NCBI GenBank assembly: GCA_023261845.1
Contig: JALNJZ010000003.1
Coordinates: 1-64,000, forward strand
Source: Candidatus Terraquivivens tengchongensis
GTDB taxonomy: Archaea > Thermoproteota > Nitrososphaeria_A > Caldarchaeales > Wolframiiraptoraceae
Length of the DNA stretch: 64,000 nucleotides
Direction: 5' to 3'
Position 1 is the first letter of the stretch, and each line of letters starts with the position of its first letter. The position numbers and the translations under genes were made by a program. Positions 48,005 through 58,534 of the stretch are shown here, in pieces. The notes below the pieces were generated by a model, which was given only the letters and a program-made list of their open reading frames with translations, ran no database searches and had not been told where the DNA came from.

Positions 48005-49088
48005 CGTCACTTGCTGCGCCCTTTATGAATTCTTCTACCATCGCCCTTGCAACCTCGTCTGGATATTGAATCGGCGGCGATTTCATGAAATATGCCGAGG
48101 GGCCTATTAACACACCAGCTATGCCCCTGTCCATCGCTATCTTCACACAACGTATAGCATCTATGGCGACACCAGCTGAATTTGGTGAATCCCACACTTC
48201 AAGCTTCAGCTCTATATTAAGGGGTGCATTGCCAAAGGCCTTTCCTTCTATCCTGATGTAAGCCCACTTTCTGTCCAAAAGCCATGGGACGTAATCGCTG
48301 GGTCCTATATGGATGTTCTGCTCACCTATGTCGTAAGGTATGAGCGATGTGACGGCCTGCGTTTTGGAAATCTTCTTTGACGTCAGCCTCTCCCTCTCGA
48401 GCATGTTTAAGAAATCCGTGTTTCCACCGACGTTCAGCTGCATTACCCTCTCGACCTTCACGCCCCTATCAACGAGTAGCTTCACCAAAACCCTGTTGAC
48501 GATAGTAGCACCTACCTGAGACTTGATGTCATCGCCGATAATTGGTACGCCCCTCTTCTCGAATATCTTCTGCCAACGGGGTTCTCTAGCTATGAAGACT
48601 GGTATGCCGTTGACAAAGCCGCAACCTGCTGCAAGCGCCTGCTCGACGTACCACTTGGTAGCGGACTCACTTCCTACTGGTAGGAAGTTTATGACGACGT
48701 CTACCTTGTTGCTCTTCAGAACGTCTGCAACATCGACCGTAGGTGACGGGTGCTTTTCGATTACCTCAGATAGGTACTTCCCTAAACTGTCATGTGTCAT
48801 ACCCCTCATCACCTCGACACCGAGCCTCGGCACGTCTGCGAACTTTAGGGTGTTATTTGGTGGGGCGAATATCGCCTCGGAGAGGTCCTTCCCTACCTTG
48901 TTTTTGTCTATATCAAAAGCCGCTGCGAACTCTATGTCGGAGACATGATAATCTCCAAGCCTTACGTGCATGAGACCGGGTACTAATTCGTTCTCGTCCG
49001 CATTTTTATAGAACTCCACACCTTGCACAAGCGCCGATGCACAATTACCTACGCCAATTATACCTACCCTGATCTTACCCACGTCCAC
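47994..49088 (-). CDS. ino1: myo-Inositol-1-phosphate synthase
   Basis: [40 protein letters not shown] and DSPNSAG. Confidence 0.96.
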   Translation of the reverse strand: MDVGKIRVGIIGVGNCASALVQGVEFYKNADENELVPGLMHVRLGDYHVSDIEFAAAFDIDKNKVGKDLSEAIFAPPNNTLKFADVPRLGVEVMRGMTHDSLGKYLSEVIEKHPSPTVDVADVLKSNKVDVVINFLPVGSESATKWYVEQALAAGCGFVNGIPVFIAREPRWQKIFEKRGVPIIGDDIKSQVGATIVNRVLVKLLVDRGVKVERVMQLNVGGNTDFLNMLERERLTSKKISKTQAVTSLIPYDIGEQNIHIGPSDYVPWLLDRKWAYIRIEGKAFGNAPLNIELKLEVWDSPNSAGVAIDAIRCVKIAMDRGIAGVLIGPSAYFMKSPPIQYPDEVARAMVEEFIKGAASDVKH

Positions 49089-49121
49089 CTCACCAGAATT
49101 TTATGGTTATAAACTACTGTA

Positions 49122-49454
49122 TTAATCTTTTTTCTCGGCAAAAAGTTGGGCCCTGAGGTTATCCAAGAACTCTTTGGCTTTCTCGAGGAACTCTTCGCCC
49201 TTTTTTGTTATCCTGTAATACGTCCTGGGTGGTCCCACTTCGCTCGGAACGGTTTGGGATACTGCTACAAGCCCTTCCTTCTGCAGCATGTAAAGCACGA
49301 CGTAGCATGTAACCTTCCCTGGTCTGAACCCAAACCTCTTCTCTATCATCCTTTCGACCTCGTAACCGTAGAGGGGCCCCTCCCTTAGCAAGCTGAGTAT
49401 GTAGAGCCAAAGGTTTTCCTTCGTCAGCTTTCGAACGAGGCGCTGGAATGCCAT
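49122..49454 (-). CDS. PadR family regulator
   Basis: ILSLLREGPLYGYE...PPRTYYRITKKG. Confidence 0.9.
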   Translation of the reverse strand: MAFQRLVRKLTKENLWLYILSLLREGPLYGYEVERMIEKRFGFRPGKVTCYVVLYMLQKEGLVAVSQTVPSEVGPPRTYYRITKKGEEFLEKAKEFLDNLRAQLFAEKKD

Positions 49455-49548
49455 GGTTAATCCGTATGATGCAGTAGCCCTTTGAATAAGAACGTTTTGC
49501 CGAACATGTTAATATCAAACCGTTAGTTCGTTTAATTACGATGCAACC

Positions 49549-50331
49549 TTGGTAGATATCAGCAATCTGAAGGCCGTAATCCTAGACCTAGATGGTTGTG
49601 TGTACATAGGCGAAAAACCGGTTGAGGGTGCGGCTGAAACCATCGAAAAGCTAAGGCAGATGGGCTACCGCATACTGTTCCTTACAAACAACTCGACGCT
49701 CTCGACAGCAGGTTACGTTAACAAGCTTAGTAGGATGGGCATACAGGTCAAGGATGAAGAAATACTAACTTCAGGTATGGCGACTGCAAAGTACATCTAT
49801 GATGTCTACGGTCCATCCAAGATACTCGCCGTGACGGAGGAAGGTTTCGTTGAAGAAGCTAACCGGATGAGCCATGTCGTGGTACCTTTTGAACGTTTCC
49901 ACGAAGCGGATATAGTCGTGGTAGGGCTGGATCGTAGATTCAACTACCAAAAGTTAAGAGCGGCAGTTAGGGCGATAATGTCCGGCGCGAAGTTTATTGC
50001 CACGAACGAGGACAGAACGCTTCCAACAGAAACTGGTCCGGACCCGGGTGCGGGCTCGATCGTAGCAGCAATCAAGGCCGCCACGGGTGTTGAGCCTATA
50101 GTTATAGGAAAACCCTCCAAAATTATAGTAAACATAGCCATCGAAATGTTAAACGTCAAGAACTACGAGACGATCATCGTCGGTGACAAGCTAGAGACGG
50201 ATGTTCAGGCAGCAGCATCCGCAGGTATGCTTAGCGTCCTCATTTCGAGCACAGAACCAGTTGGGCATCCAAAACCTGACTTTGTTATCAGTAGCATAAC
50301 TTTATTACCAGAGCTCCTATCACGAAGATAG
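49549..50331 (+). CDS. HAD-IIA (NagD-like) phosphatase
   Basis: DLDGCVY, LTNNS, IGKP and VGDKLETD. Confidence 0.92.
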   Translation: MVDISNLKAVILDLDGCVYIGEKPVEGAAETIEKLRQMGYRILFLTNNSTLSTAGYVNKLSRMGIQVKDEEILTSGMATAKYIYDVYGPSKILAVTEEGFVEEANRMSHVVVPFERFHEADIVVVGLDRRFNYQKLRAAVRAIMSGAKFIATNEDRTLPTETGPDPGAGSIVAAIKAATGVEPIVIGKPSKIIVNIAIEMLNVKNYETIIVGDKLETDVQAAASAGMLSVLISSTEPVGHPKPDFVISSITLLPELLSRR

Positions 50332-50802
50332 AGTGTTGAAAATATACACGTTCGGGCTTTCCTTTAAAGTTCGTAGGACAACTCTCGTCTCGGTTGAGAC
50401 CACACCTTCCATCTTTCCTATCTCATCCAGTATTTTTGCAAGAGCTTCCCTATCCTTTACCCTTAGCTTAAGCAAGCAATAATAGTCGCCCGTTACATCA
50501 TGAACTTCTTGCACTTCTGGAAGAGAAACAAGTGCCTCTAACACTTTGTCGTATAGGTGCGGTTGGGCCTTTACGGCGATGAAGGCCGTCATCGTTTTCC
50601 CTATCTTATTTTCATCGATTACCGCCTGGAACTTTTTGATGTAACCTTGCTTGATTAGCTTCTTTACCCTGCTATAAACCGCCGCCTCACTAATGCCCAA
50701 CCTCTTGGCTATCTCGGAGTAAGAAGCCCTACCGTTCTCTTGGAGTATGTTAAGAATCATTACGTCTTTTTCGTCTAATCCAGCTTTCATAATCATCCAC
50801 AA
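50320..50802 (-). CDS. Lrp/AsnC regulator
   Basis: LDEKDVMILNILQENGRASYSEIAK; VTGDY. Confidence 0.93.
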   Translation of the reverse strand: MWMIMKAGLDEKDVMILNILQENGRASYSEIAKRLGISEAAVYSRVKKLIKQGYIKKFQAVIDENKIGKTMTAFIAVKAQPHLYDKVLEALVSLPEVQEVHDVTGDYYCLLKLRVKDREALAKILDEIGKMEGVVSTETRVVLRTLKESPNVYIFNTLSS

Positions 50803-50874
50803 TAAGCGTTTTAGGGATATTAAGATTATGGTTATGTTTATAAATAGTCAGCGTACCAAAAAAGATTAGCAGTT

Positions 50875-51831
50875 ATGTTGACTACGGTAGCTTTGGTTAA
50901 GGGTCCTGAACTTCTGAAATACAGCTTTCCGGCACCGCACCCGATGAACTCCCGCAGAATCGAGAGCTTCTACGAAAAGGTCGAAACTTTGCCCAAGGAG
51001 ATGTTAGAGGCATTAAAGATTGTTGCGCCCAAAATGGCGACGAGGGAAGAGGTAGCGCTATTTCATGACGCCGATTATATAGAGTTCGTGAATAAAAAGT
51101 CCATGGAAGGGAGGGGGTACTTAGACTCTGGCGACACACCGTCCTTTCCTGGAATCTTTGAGGCAGCCTGCTACGTGGTGGGTTCGACGCTCGAGTTATG
51201 CAGAATCATCCTTTCAGGGAGTGTAAAGAGAGGGTTCAATCCTATGGGCGGCCTCCACCATGCACGTAGATCATCGGCCTCGGGTTTTTGCGTCTTTAAC
51301 GACCCAGGAGTGGCCATAACTTACCTACTCGAGGTGGCGGGCCTCGGGGCTGTCGCATATGTAGATATAGATGCCCACCACGGAGACGGCGTCTGTTATG
51401 AGTTTTATGAGGATAAAAGGGTCGTGTTCGCAGACATACACCAAGACGGTAGGACGCTTTATCCTGGTACTGGTTTTAGGCACGAGAGGGGAAGGGGCGA
51501 GGGTGAGGGTTTGAAGTTGAACATACCTTTGCCGCCAGGCTCGGGTGACGAGGAGTTTAAGGCTGCTATGCTTGAGGTGAAGGACTTCCTCATGGCACAC
51601 GACTTCGATTTTATACTCTTCCAATGCGGGGCTGACGGTATAATGGGAGACCCAATCACCGATCTGAACTATACACCAGCTTCGCATAAGCTCGCTGCCG
51701 AGATTTTATGCGACGTCGCAAACAAGAAATGCGGCGGTAGGATACTCGCCATGGGTGGCGGCGGCTACAATCCAGAAAACGTAGCAGATGCTTGGACTAA
51801 CGTTGTGAAGGTTTTCGTCGAGAAGCCTTAG
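50875..51831 (+). CDS. Histone deacetylase/AcuC family lysine deacetylase
   Basis: HPMN, GGLHHA, DIDAHHGDG, GADG..GDP and GGGGY. Confidence 0.93.
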   Translation: MLTTVALVKGPELLKYSFPAPHPMNSRRIESFYEKVETLPKEMLEALKIVAPKMATREEVALFHDADYIEFVNKKSMEGRGYLDSGDTPSFPGIFEAACYVVGSTLELCRIILSGSVKRGFNPMGGLHHARRSSASGFCVFNDPGVAITYLLEVAGLGAVAYVDIDAHHGDGVCYEFYEDKRVVFADIHQDGRTLYPGTGFRHERGRGEGEGLKLNIPLPPGSGDEEFKAAMLEVKDFLMAHDFDFILFQCGADGIMGDPITDLNYTPASHKLAAEILCDVANKKCGGRILAMGGGGYNPENVADAWTNVVKVFVEKP

Positions 51832-52406
51832 CTCGACACGAACTTCATGACCTGCTTGGCTATCAGCTTCGAAAGCCTTACAGGTTCCGGTATGCGACCG
51901 TGTAGTGTGAACTTATCTAACAATCTCTTACCAACGTTCAACTCAACGCCTAGACATCTGATGAACACAGCGTATCCCGTCCAGAGTTTTACCGCGCACC
52001 TTGCACCGTTCCTCTCATAAACCTCCACCCTGGCTTGCCAGTCGTCAGGAAAATTTTTTATGAAATATTCCCTTATGCCCTCGGATTCTTCGTAGGTTAT
52101 ACAGACCAGTGGCAGACCGATTGCCTCATACACTGCGTTGAGGTCCACTACGTTGTACCAGCTTATCACACAACCGCTCAGAATCATGGCGTTTATGTCT
52201 GTCCTGCCGAGCTTCCTGTAAAGTGAGATAACGGCCTCTGTTGCATCCATGCCGCCCACAGTACATTTAGTTATCGCCAGCCCGTCCACCACAAAGTCAC
52301 TCCTCATCACGACGCCTGCAACTATCGAGTTCTTGTTAAGCGTCCTATCGAAGCTCTCGGCTATCCCGAGGACACGGATGGCTGGCTTATCTAACCTTAA
52401 CTTCAA
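51828..52406 (-). CDS. DUF99 family (endonuclease V-like) protein
   Basis: RVLGIAESF, TVGGMDAT, YNVVD and IPEPVR; TTG start at 52406 behind GGAGG. Confidence 0.85.
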   Translation of the reverse strand: MKLRLDKPAIRVLGIAESFDRTLNKNSIVAGVVMRSDFVVDGLAITKCTVGGMDATEAVISLYRKLGRTDINAMILSGCVISWYNVVDLNAVYEAIGLPLVCITYEESEGIREYFIKNFPDDWQARVEVYERNGARCAVKLWTGYAVFIRCLGVELNVGKRLLDKFTLHGRIPEPVRLSKLIAKQVMKFVSS

Positions 52407-52410
52407 ATAG

Positions 52411-53583
52411 CTATCCCTCCTGCCAGTAGACCTCTCCGGGCTCCAAGACCGTTCCAGCTGGAACTCTGCTGTAAGGTGATATGACTGCGCCGAACTCCCT
52501 TCTACCGGCATCGACTAGTTTGCCTGAAACCATGGCCTTGACGGTCTCCTGTCCAACTGCCCTGTATCGTGTGGTGCATCCAGCGCCGAGCAAAGCACCT
52601 TCACCGACGACAGAATAGAATATTACAGAACCATCACCGATTGTAACGTTCTCCAAGATGAGCGAATTGCCTAGCATAACACCATCGCCCACCAAGGCAC
52701 CATCCAATACAACGGTGTACGGTAGGACCGAGGAACCTTTGCCCAGCTTTACGTTTTCGCCTAAGAAACAGGGGCCGAAGAGTTTAGCACCATTCTCTGT
52801 CTCGACGTAAGCGCCCGGCCGCAAGAATTTACCATTCCTAGGTGAATAGTTGTGCTTGGATGAGAGGTATTCTAGGAAAGCGGCGTTAGCGTCCAATAGG
52901 TCCCATGCCCTTCCGATATCGAACCACAGACTATCGCTCACCTTCAGTACGTGTATTTTGTAGCCATCCTCAACGAGTAGGTTCAGTATGTCCGTCAGCT
53001 CATATTCGCCCCTCGCCGACGGCTTAATCTTAGAAAAGTAGTCGACAGACTCTGATGGAAGTATGTATGCGCCGGCATTCACATAGGCCTCGGCGACTTT
53101 CCCCTCAGGTTTTTCTATCACGCACTCCAGAATTCCATCCTTCTCCTTCAACATACCAAAACTACTTGCGTCCTTAACCTTAACGGCCAGCATGACACCA
53201 TCGCAACTACCTTTGCTGAAGGATGAGAGCAGCCTTCCCACAACATCCTCGGTTATCGTTATGTCGCCGTAGATGGTGAGGAAAGAATCCTCGCCCTCTA
53301 GGAAATCTTTACACACGTAAAGAGCGTGGGCTGTACCCAACAACACCTTCTGCGGAATGTACGTTATGTTCATCGGAAGACGTTCCTGTTCAACCACGCG
53401 CTTGATCGATTCGTCCATGTAAGCGACCGTCATGCCTACGTTGACTATTCCGTTGTTGAGGAGAGCCTCAAGTACCCTAATAAGTACGGGCTTATCAACG
53501 AGCGGTAGTAGGTGCTTAGGTCTGAAGCTCGTGAGAGGTCTCAGTCTTTTGCCCAGGCCTGCGGCAAAAACTACGGCCTTCAA
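52411..53583 (-). CDS. Sugar-phosphate nucleotidyltransferase with left-handed beta-helix (GlmU-like)
   Basis: AAGLGKRLRPLT..PK, EKP, SARGEYELTD and hexapeptide repeats. Confidence 0.88.
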   Translation of the reverse strand: MKAVVFAAGLGKRLRPLTSFRPKHLLPLVDKPVLIRVLEALLNNGIVNVGMTVAYMDESIKRVVEQERLPMNITYIPQKVLLGTAHALYVCKDFLEGEDSFLTIYGDITITEDVVGRLLSSFSKGSCDGVMLAVKVKDASSFGMLKEKDGILECVIEKPEGKVAEAYVNAGAYILPSESVDYFSKIKPSARGEYELTDILNLLVEDGYKIHVLKVSDSLWFDIGRAWDLLDANAAFLEYLSSKHNYSPRNGKFLRPGAYVETENGAKLFGPCFLGENVKLGKGSSVLPYTVVLDGALVGDGVMLGNSLILENVTIGDGSVIFYSVVGEGALLGAGCTTRYRAVGQETVKAMVSGKLVDAGRREFGAVISPYSRVPAGTVLEPGEVYWQEG

Positions 53584-53646
53584 TCGGCTTTACCAAATCT
53601 ACGTCGTTTTAAAGGATATTAAGCTTTAATCTAAAACCTCTACCGC

Positions 53647-54684
53647 ATGAACATAACTTTCGTAGGTCTTGGCCTTGGTCCGAAGCGTTACATCACGGAG
53701 GCAGCACTCGACAGCATCAAGGCTGCGGACGTTGTGTTCCTTGACACGTACACCGGAATCCTTCCTAAAGAAACCGTAGAATTTCTGCGTACGGTCAGCA
53801 AACATTTTGTCCTGGCCGACCGCCGTCTGCTGGAAGATGGTATAGAGACGGTGCTGGCGGAGGCCGCTAAGAAGGATGTAGTCATAGCCGTCCAGGGCGA
53901 CCCGTTCATAGCCACGACGCACGTCTCCATAATGCTCGAAGCACGTAAACGTGGAATCAAATGCAAGATAGTTAACGGTATATCCTCATACTCTGTAGCG
54001 GCAAGCCTATCTGGCCTCCAGGCTTACAAATTCGGCAGGGCCGTTACGTTGCCAGCTGAGGGATGCGTCGAGCATGCGAAGTCTGTCTACGAAAGTATCT
54101 TGGAGAACATGTCCAAAGGCCTGCACACGCTCGTCTTCCTTGACACCAAGGATGGCGGGTTAACCATACCCGTCGCCCTCAAACGTTTGAGAGAATTGGA
54201 AAGCTTACTAAGGAAGGGTTTGGTATCGGACGATAGGCTTGTAGTAGCCCTCGCAAGGTTAGGATATGAAGATGAGCTCATAAAGGCTGGGAGGGTTGCA
54301 GAGATTGCTGCAACGGATTTCCCAGAACCTCCGCACATGCTGATATTTCCCGGCAAGCTACACTTTCTAGAACGTGAGGCACTCATAAGGCTTCTCGGCG
54401 CTCCCCGCGAGTATGTCGAGGCTTACGAGCCGATAAACTATGAAGTAGACAGGGTGAAGCGCTACATCGATACATGCGAGAGGGTTCTGTCCAGCCTATG
54501 TGCCTCTGCTAAGGGGACAAGAGTTAATGACGTGCTGAACGTTGCCAAAAGCTATTTGGATGGTTCAAAATTTTTCCTGAAGTCAGGAGAAATCTTCGAT
54601 TCGCTATCCGCGATATCATACTGCGAAGGTTTGCTCGATGCTCTAAGAATGATGGGCTATGTCGAGTTCGATTGGAGGTTATGA
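53647..54684 (+). CDS. dph5: Diphthine synthase fused to DUF357
   Basis: GLGL, GDPFIATTH, GLQAYKFG, GLHTLVFLD and PPHMLIFPGKLHFLE; tail SYL..SKFF..AISYCEGLLDAL. Confidence 0.92.
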   Translation: MNITFVGLGLGPKRYITEAALDSIKAADVVFLDTYTGILPKETVEFLRTVSKHFVLADRRLLEDGIETVLAEAAKKDVVIAVQGDPFIATTHVSIMLEARKRGIKCKIVNGISSYSVAASLSGLQAYKFGRAVTLPAEGCVEHAKSVYESILENMSKGLHTLVFLDTKDGGLTIPVALKRLRELESLLRKGLVSDDRLVVALARLGYEDELIKAGRVAEIAATDFPEPPHMLIFPGKLHFLEREALIRLLGAPREYVEAYEPINYEVDRVKRYIDTCERVLSSLCASAKGTRVNDVLNVAKSYLDGSKFFLKSGEIFDSLSAISYCEGLLDALRMMGYVEFDWRL

Positions 54685-56432
54685 TTCTTCGGCTTAAGCG
54701 CCCCAGCTAAGACCTCGGATATGTCTTTTATCTTCGCCTCGCACACTTTGTATAGCTCCTCGTAGACTTTCAGAGCTTGCTCGAGGCACTCGTCGTACGT
54801 CTTTGTGCCTTTGTTGACCATTTCCATAAATTCTTCAACAAACTTTCTTGTATCGGGCGTAACGAGCCTTTCGTCCACACTGGACAAAGCCTCGACAAGC
54901 TTCATGCCCAATTCCGTCGGATAAAAACTCCTGCCCCTCCTCACGGCATAGCCCCTCTCCATCACTATCTTTGGGTACTCAGCACGTGTGGCATCCGTTC
55001 CTATGCCGTTCTTCTCCATGAGCTCCAATAACGCCGATTCCGTGAGCCTCGGCGGAGGTCTGGTTTTATCTTCCTTCAGCTCCGACTTAACAACCTCTAA
55101 GATATCACCAGGCGATAATCTGGGCATGGGTGCATCTTTTGGCATAAAGTACTCGAATATTTCAAAGAACCCTTTCCTTCTAATTACGGCACCCGATGTC
55201 TTTACAACTGCACCTCCCACTCCTATTTCTGCAGAACTCTCCGCAAGCTCGGCGTCGTTGAACAACGTGTTCGCGGCAAACCTCCTCGCTATGTATTCCC
55301 AGACAGTCCTCTTAAGCGAACCATCCTTAGGATATGGCTTTATGGGGTATATTGGAGGATGGGCACCGTCGTCCTTTCTTCCGTTGAGCGGCTCGATCCG
55401 TATTTTCTCCAAGTCTCCGAGCAGCTCCGATAGGTCGGATTGGGCCAAAGCCTCAATGGGTTCTTTGAAGTTAAAGTCGTACCTGAACCTGTTGGTCTCA
55501 GTCCTCGGATAAGAGCAGTAACCCTCAGCATAAAGCTCCTCTGCCACGGAGAGCAGAGTCGCCGCCGATGCTCCTGTTATCTTCGTCAAATCCTTGAGGA
55601 GCGTATCGGTATCGAGGGGTAATGGTCTGCGGATTGTCTTTCTTTCCTCATCATAGGATATGACGTGCCCAGTCTTCTGCCCCTCAACGCTTTTCCAAAC
55701 GGCCTTGGCCCTTTCGGCGTCTTTCATGTTTTCGCTTTTAGCCTCAAACTCCTTGCCGTCTTTCGTTCTGAACTTTATCCGAATGTACCAGAACGGCTCT
55801 GGCGTGAAGGATATTATTTCTTTCTCCCGTTTAACGATAAAGCCCAAAGTGGGCGACTGGCAGGAGCCCCACGATATTAGCCTGACGTTTCGGCGTTTTC
55901 TCGTCTCCTTTGTAAGAAGTCTCGTGAAGGCCGCTCCAGTCACGAGGTCGAAGTGTTGTCTGAGCATAGCTTTCATGACCCAGTTCATGTTTAATGAATC
56001 TTCGAGGTTGTTCCATGCCCTCCAAAGCTCGCCTGGGTTCGTCGAGTTAAACCTCATCCGCTTGTATGACGCTTGGTTACTCTTAGTAGCCCTATAGATT
56101 GAAAGTATCTCATAACCTATAAGTTCGCCTTCTGAATCGTTGTCCGTCGCTACGACGAGCACACCGTCTTTTTTGAAAGCCTTCTCAAGTTCTTTGTAAG
56201 ACCTCTCGTCGGAGACGATGCTTCTAAATTCTCTGACCGAAAATAGCTTGGACGGATCTATGCTGTTCCATTCATAGCCTTCAGGGAAGTCTGCGTTCAG
56301 TACGTGACCCCTAACAGAAGTGACGTAAGCGTTTATGCCTTTACTCTTCAGTAACCTTGCTATGCTCCTTGCAACGCTCGGCTTTTCCGCCACGACTATG
56401 TAGTGATATGTTTCGTCTCCGTTCACGTGCAT
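54657..56432 (-). CDS. topA: Type IA DNA topoisomerase without Zn-ribbon tail
   Basis: AEKPSVA, ATDNDSEGE, SYPRT (catalytic Tyr), AHPPIYP and GIGTDATRA. Confidence 0.93.
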   Translation of the reverse strand: MHVNGDETYHYIVVAEKPSVARSIARLLKSKGINAYVTSVRGHVLNADFPEGYEWNSIDPSKLFSVREFRSIVSDERSYKELEKAFKKDGVLVVATDNDSEGELIGYEILSIYRATKSNQASYKRMRFNSTNPGELWRAWNNLEDSLNMNWVMKAMLRQHFDLVTGAAFTRLLTKETRKRRNVRLISWGSCQSPTLGFIVKREKEIISFTPEPFWYIRIKFRTKDGKEFEAKSENMKDAERAKAVWKSVEGQKTGHVISYDEERKTIRRPLPLDTDTLLKDLTKITGASAATLLSVAEELYAEGYCSYPRTETNRFRYDFNFKEPIEALAQSDLSELLGDLEKIRIEPLNGRKDDGAHPPIYPIKPYPKDGSLKRTVWEYIARRFAANTLFNDAELAESSAEIGVGGAVVKTSGAVIRRKGFFEIFEYFMPKDAPMPRLSPGDILEVVKSELKEDKTRPPPRLTESALLELMEKNGIGTDATRAEYPKIVMERGYAVRRGRSFYPTELGMKLVEALSSVDERLVTPDTRKFVEEFMEMVNKGTKTYDECLEQALKVYEELYKVCEAKIKDISEVLAGALKPKNHNLQSNST

Positions 56433-56533
56433 CCAGCCCTATTGACATGAATGCGTGAAATCTTTGCTTTATTACGTTTATGCGTGGAAAGTTTAAACAA
56501 GAAATAAATACTCGCGAAATTTACAGTACGATC

Positions 56534-56896
56534 ATGAGTAGAAGCGAGTCGTGTTATAAATGGGCAGACGTTCCAGAGGATAAGTTAAGACCTGATCTAA
56601 GTAGGAAGGTAATACACGGAGAAAACGTCACGATTGCTATGTTCTCCCTCAAGAAAGGAGCAAAAGTCGATTCGCACAAGTACGTTAACGAGCAGATGAG
56701 TTGTGTCCTTTCTGGAGCTGTTAAGTTCATCATGGCTGATGGAAAGGAGTATGTGTTATCGCAAGGTATGGTGATGCATCTCCCACCAAACGTTGAGCAT
56801 GCTGCCCTAGCATTAGAGGACTCGGTTGTTATGGACGTCTTCAGCCCTCCAAGGGATGATTGGAAAAAAGGCACTGACCAATACTTAAGAAAATAA
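56534..56896 (+). CDS. Cupin domain protein
   Basis: HKYVNEQ..VLSG..LPPNVEH..DVFSPPRDD; the second motif-1 His is replaced by Tyr. Confidence 0.85.
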   Translation: MSRSESCYKWADVPEDKLRPDLSRKVIHGENVTIAMFSLKKGAKVDSHKYVNEQMSCVLSGAVKFIMADGKEYVLSQGMVMHLPPNVEHAALALEDSVVMDVFSPPRDDWKKGTDQYLRK

Positions 56897-56950
56897 AACG
56901 TTTAAAAGAATGCCCCCTCTTTTTCTACATAATAATGGGCGATATCGTTA

Positions 56951-57424
56951 ATGGCCAGCGCTACACAAAAGAAGACTGTCTTAGCTTCTGGTGCCTTTGA
57001 TATTTTGCATCCTGGTCACATAAAGTTTTTGGAAAAAGCGAAGCGAATGGGCGGCAAAAATTCCAGGCTTATAGTGATCGTTGCTAGGGATAAGACAATC
57101 AAAGAAAATAAGGGAAGGGATGCAATCTTCAGCGATAAGGCTAGACTCTCCATAGTTCAAGCCCTGAAGCCTGTGGACAAGGCTGTATTGGGATACCGGC
57201 CGTTCTCCTTTGAAAAGGTAGTCAAGAAGTACAAGCCGGACATCGTAGTCTTTGGTTACGATCAGGTATGGCTCATGAAGCGGTTCAAGGAGCTATGCCG
57301 AAGAAGGAAATGGAACATCAAGGTCAAGGTGCTGAAGAAGTACAACCTCGGAAGCCTTAACAGTAGCTCAGATGTGATAAAGAAGATCAAAAAGCTTCGG
57401 ATACTCAAAAGAAGAGCAAGATAA
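56951..57424 (+). CDS. ribL: FAD synthetase (RibL-like cytidylyltransferase family)
   Basis: GAFDILHPGH, VIVARD, KPDIVVFGYDQ and SSS..IK. Confidence 0.78.
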   Translation: MASATQKKTVLASGAFDILHPGHIKFLEKAKRMGGKNSRLIVIVARDKTIKENKGRDAIFSDKARLSIVQALKPVDKAVLGYRPFSFEKVVKKYKPDIVVFGYDQVWLMKRFKELCRRRKWNIKVKVLKKYNLGSLNSSSDVIKKIKKLRILKRRAR

Positions 57425-57593
57425 TACCAGCGATTATCAGCAATATTACCATGAATGCTATCAACCCGCTTGCAATCGAAAAGACGAAAGAAGGCGTCGT
57501 AAGCCAATAGAGAAAAAGTATGCCGAAAACGAGCATGATCGCTCCCAGAATTTTCGTCCATATCGTAACCAGATACGACTTGATTGTACTCAT
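57405..57593 (-). CDS. Small two-TM membrane protein
   Basis: About 62 aa with two hydrophobic helices; start uncertain. Confidence 0.5.
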   Translation of the reverse strand: MSTIKSYLVTIWTKILGAIMLVFGILFLYWLTTPSFVFSIASGLIAFMVILLIIAGIILLFF

Positions 57594-57773
57594 GCTTTTC
57601 ACCATCCTTTCGGTACCAGGAATTATATTTACGTTACGCGAGCTTGTGCGGCGTGCGGACAAGATATTATGAGGTTTGATAAATGGATAGTCTCGATGTG
57701 ATATTCTTCATCAAGATACTAAGAAGGGCTAAATACTTCGCTGAACGAAGTGGTTTTCAAAGGTAGATAATAA

Positions 57774-58406
57774 ATGAAAATCCCAGGAATAACGAAAAAA
57801 AGGGATGAGGAAGTAAAGGTAGTAGGTGTGACCGATATGGGCTTTGCCAGGGATAGGCTCATGGACGTTATCACGCAGCTTAAGATCCAAGCGGAGAAGC
57901 TAAACAGAACGTCCCAGAGACTCGCAGCAAGGGGCAAGGAACTGTTCGAGATGTGTGTAAGGGCGGAGCAGGAGAGGGATAAGGGCAGGGCGACGATATA
58001 CGCCAACGAAATAGCTCAGCTCAGGAAGATATCTCGTACGATACTGAAGAGCCAGCTTTCCTTAGAGAAGGTGATCCTAAGACTAGAGACGGTGAAGGAA
58101 TTTGGAGACGTTATGAACGTCCTTGGTCCGGCAACGAGCATAATAAGGCAGGTGCAATCGGAGATTTCTGGCCTAGTCCCAGAGGTTGCCTATAATCTGA
58201 GACAAGTTGACGATATGCTCGAGAGCATAATCGTCGAGGCTGGAAGTGTAACAGGCGCATCCGTCCAGGTTATGGTGAGTGACAGCGAGGCACAGAGGAT
58301 ACTCGAAGAAGCTGCTGAGATAGCTGCTCAGCGCATGAAGAGCACGTTCCCCGACTTGCCGGAAGGTTACAAGCACCTGGAGACCTCGACAGAGCCGAAG
58401 CAGTAG
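57774..58406 (+). CDS. cdvB: ESCRT-III/Snf7 family protein (CdvB paralog)
   Basis: LFEMCVRA...RATIYANEIAQLRK...LEKVILRLETV...AQRILEEA...FPDLP. Confidence 0.88.
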   Translation: MKIPGITKKRDEEVKVVGVTDMGFARDRLMDVITQLKIQAEKLNRTSQRLAARGKELFEMCVRAEQERDKGRATIYANEIAQLRKISRTILKSQLSLEKVILRLETVKEFGDVMNVLGPATSIIRQVQSEISGLVPEVAYNLRQVDDMLESIIVEAGSVTGASVQVMVSDSEAQRILEEAAEIAAQRMKSTFPDLPEGYKHLETSTEPKQ

Positions 58407-58534
58407 CCAGTAGCCGACGACACTAATACATCGATAGCCCCGCTACGGTTACGATAAAGCGTAGTATAGAAAGGAAGACGACCTACCAAATACCAAAAAA
58501 TTATGTATATTTACTTATGCTAACATGCTTTTAC

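Noticed and set aside
52407-52511. N-terminal extension of the DUF99 ORF
   Set aside because: It overlaps the nucleotidyltransferase gene; TTG at 52406 has a proper RBS.
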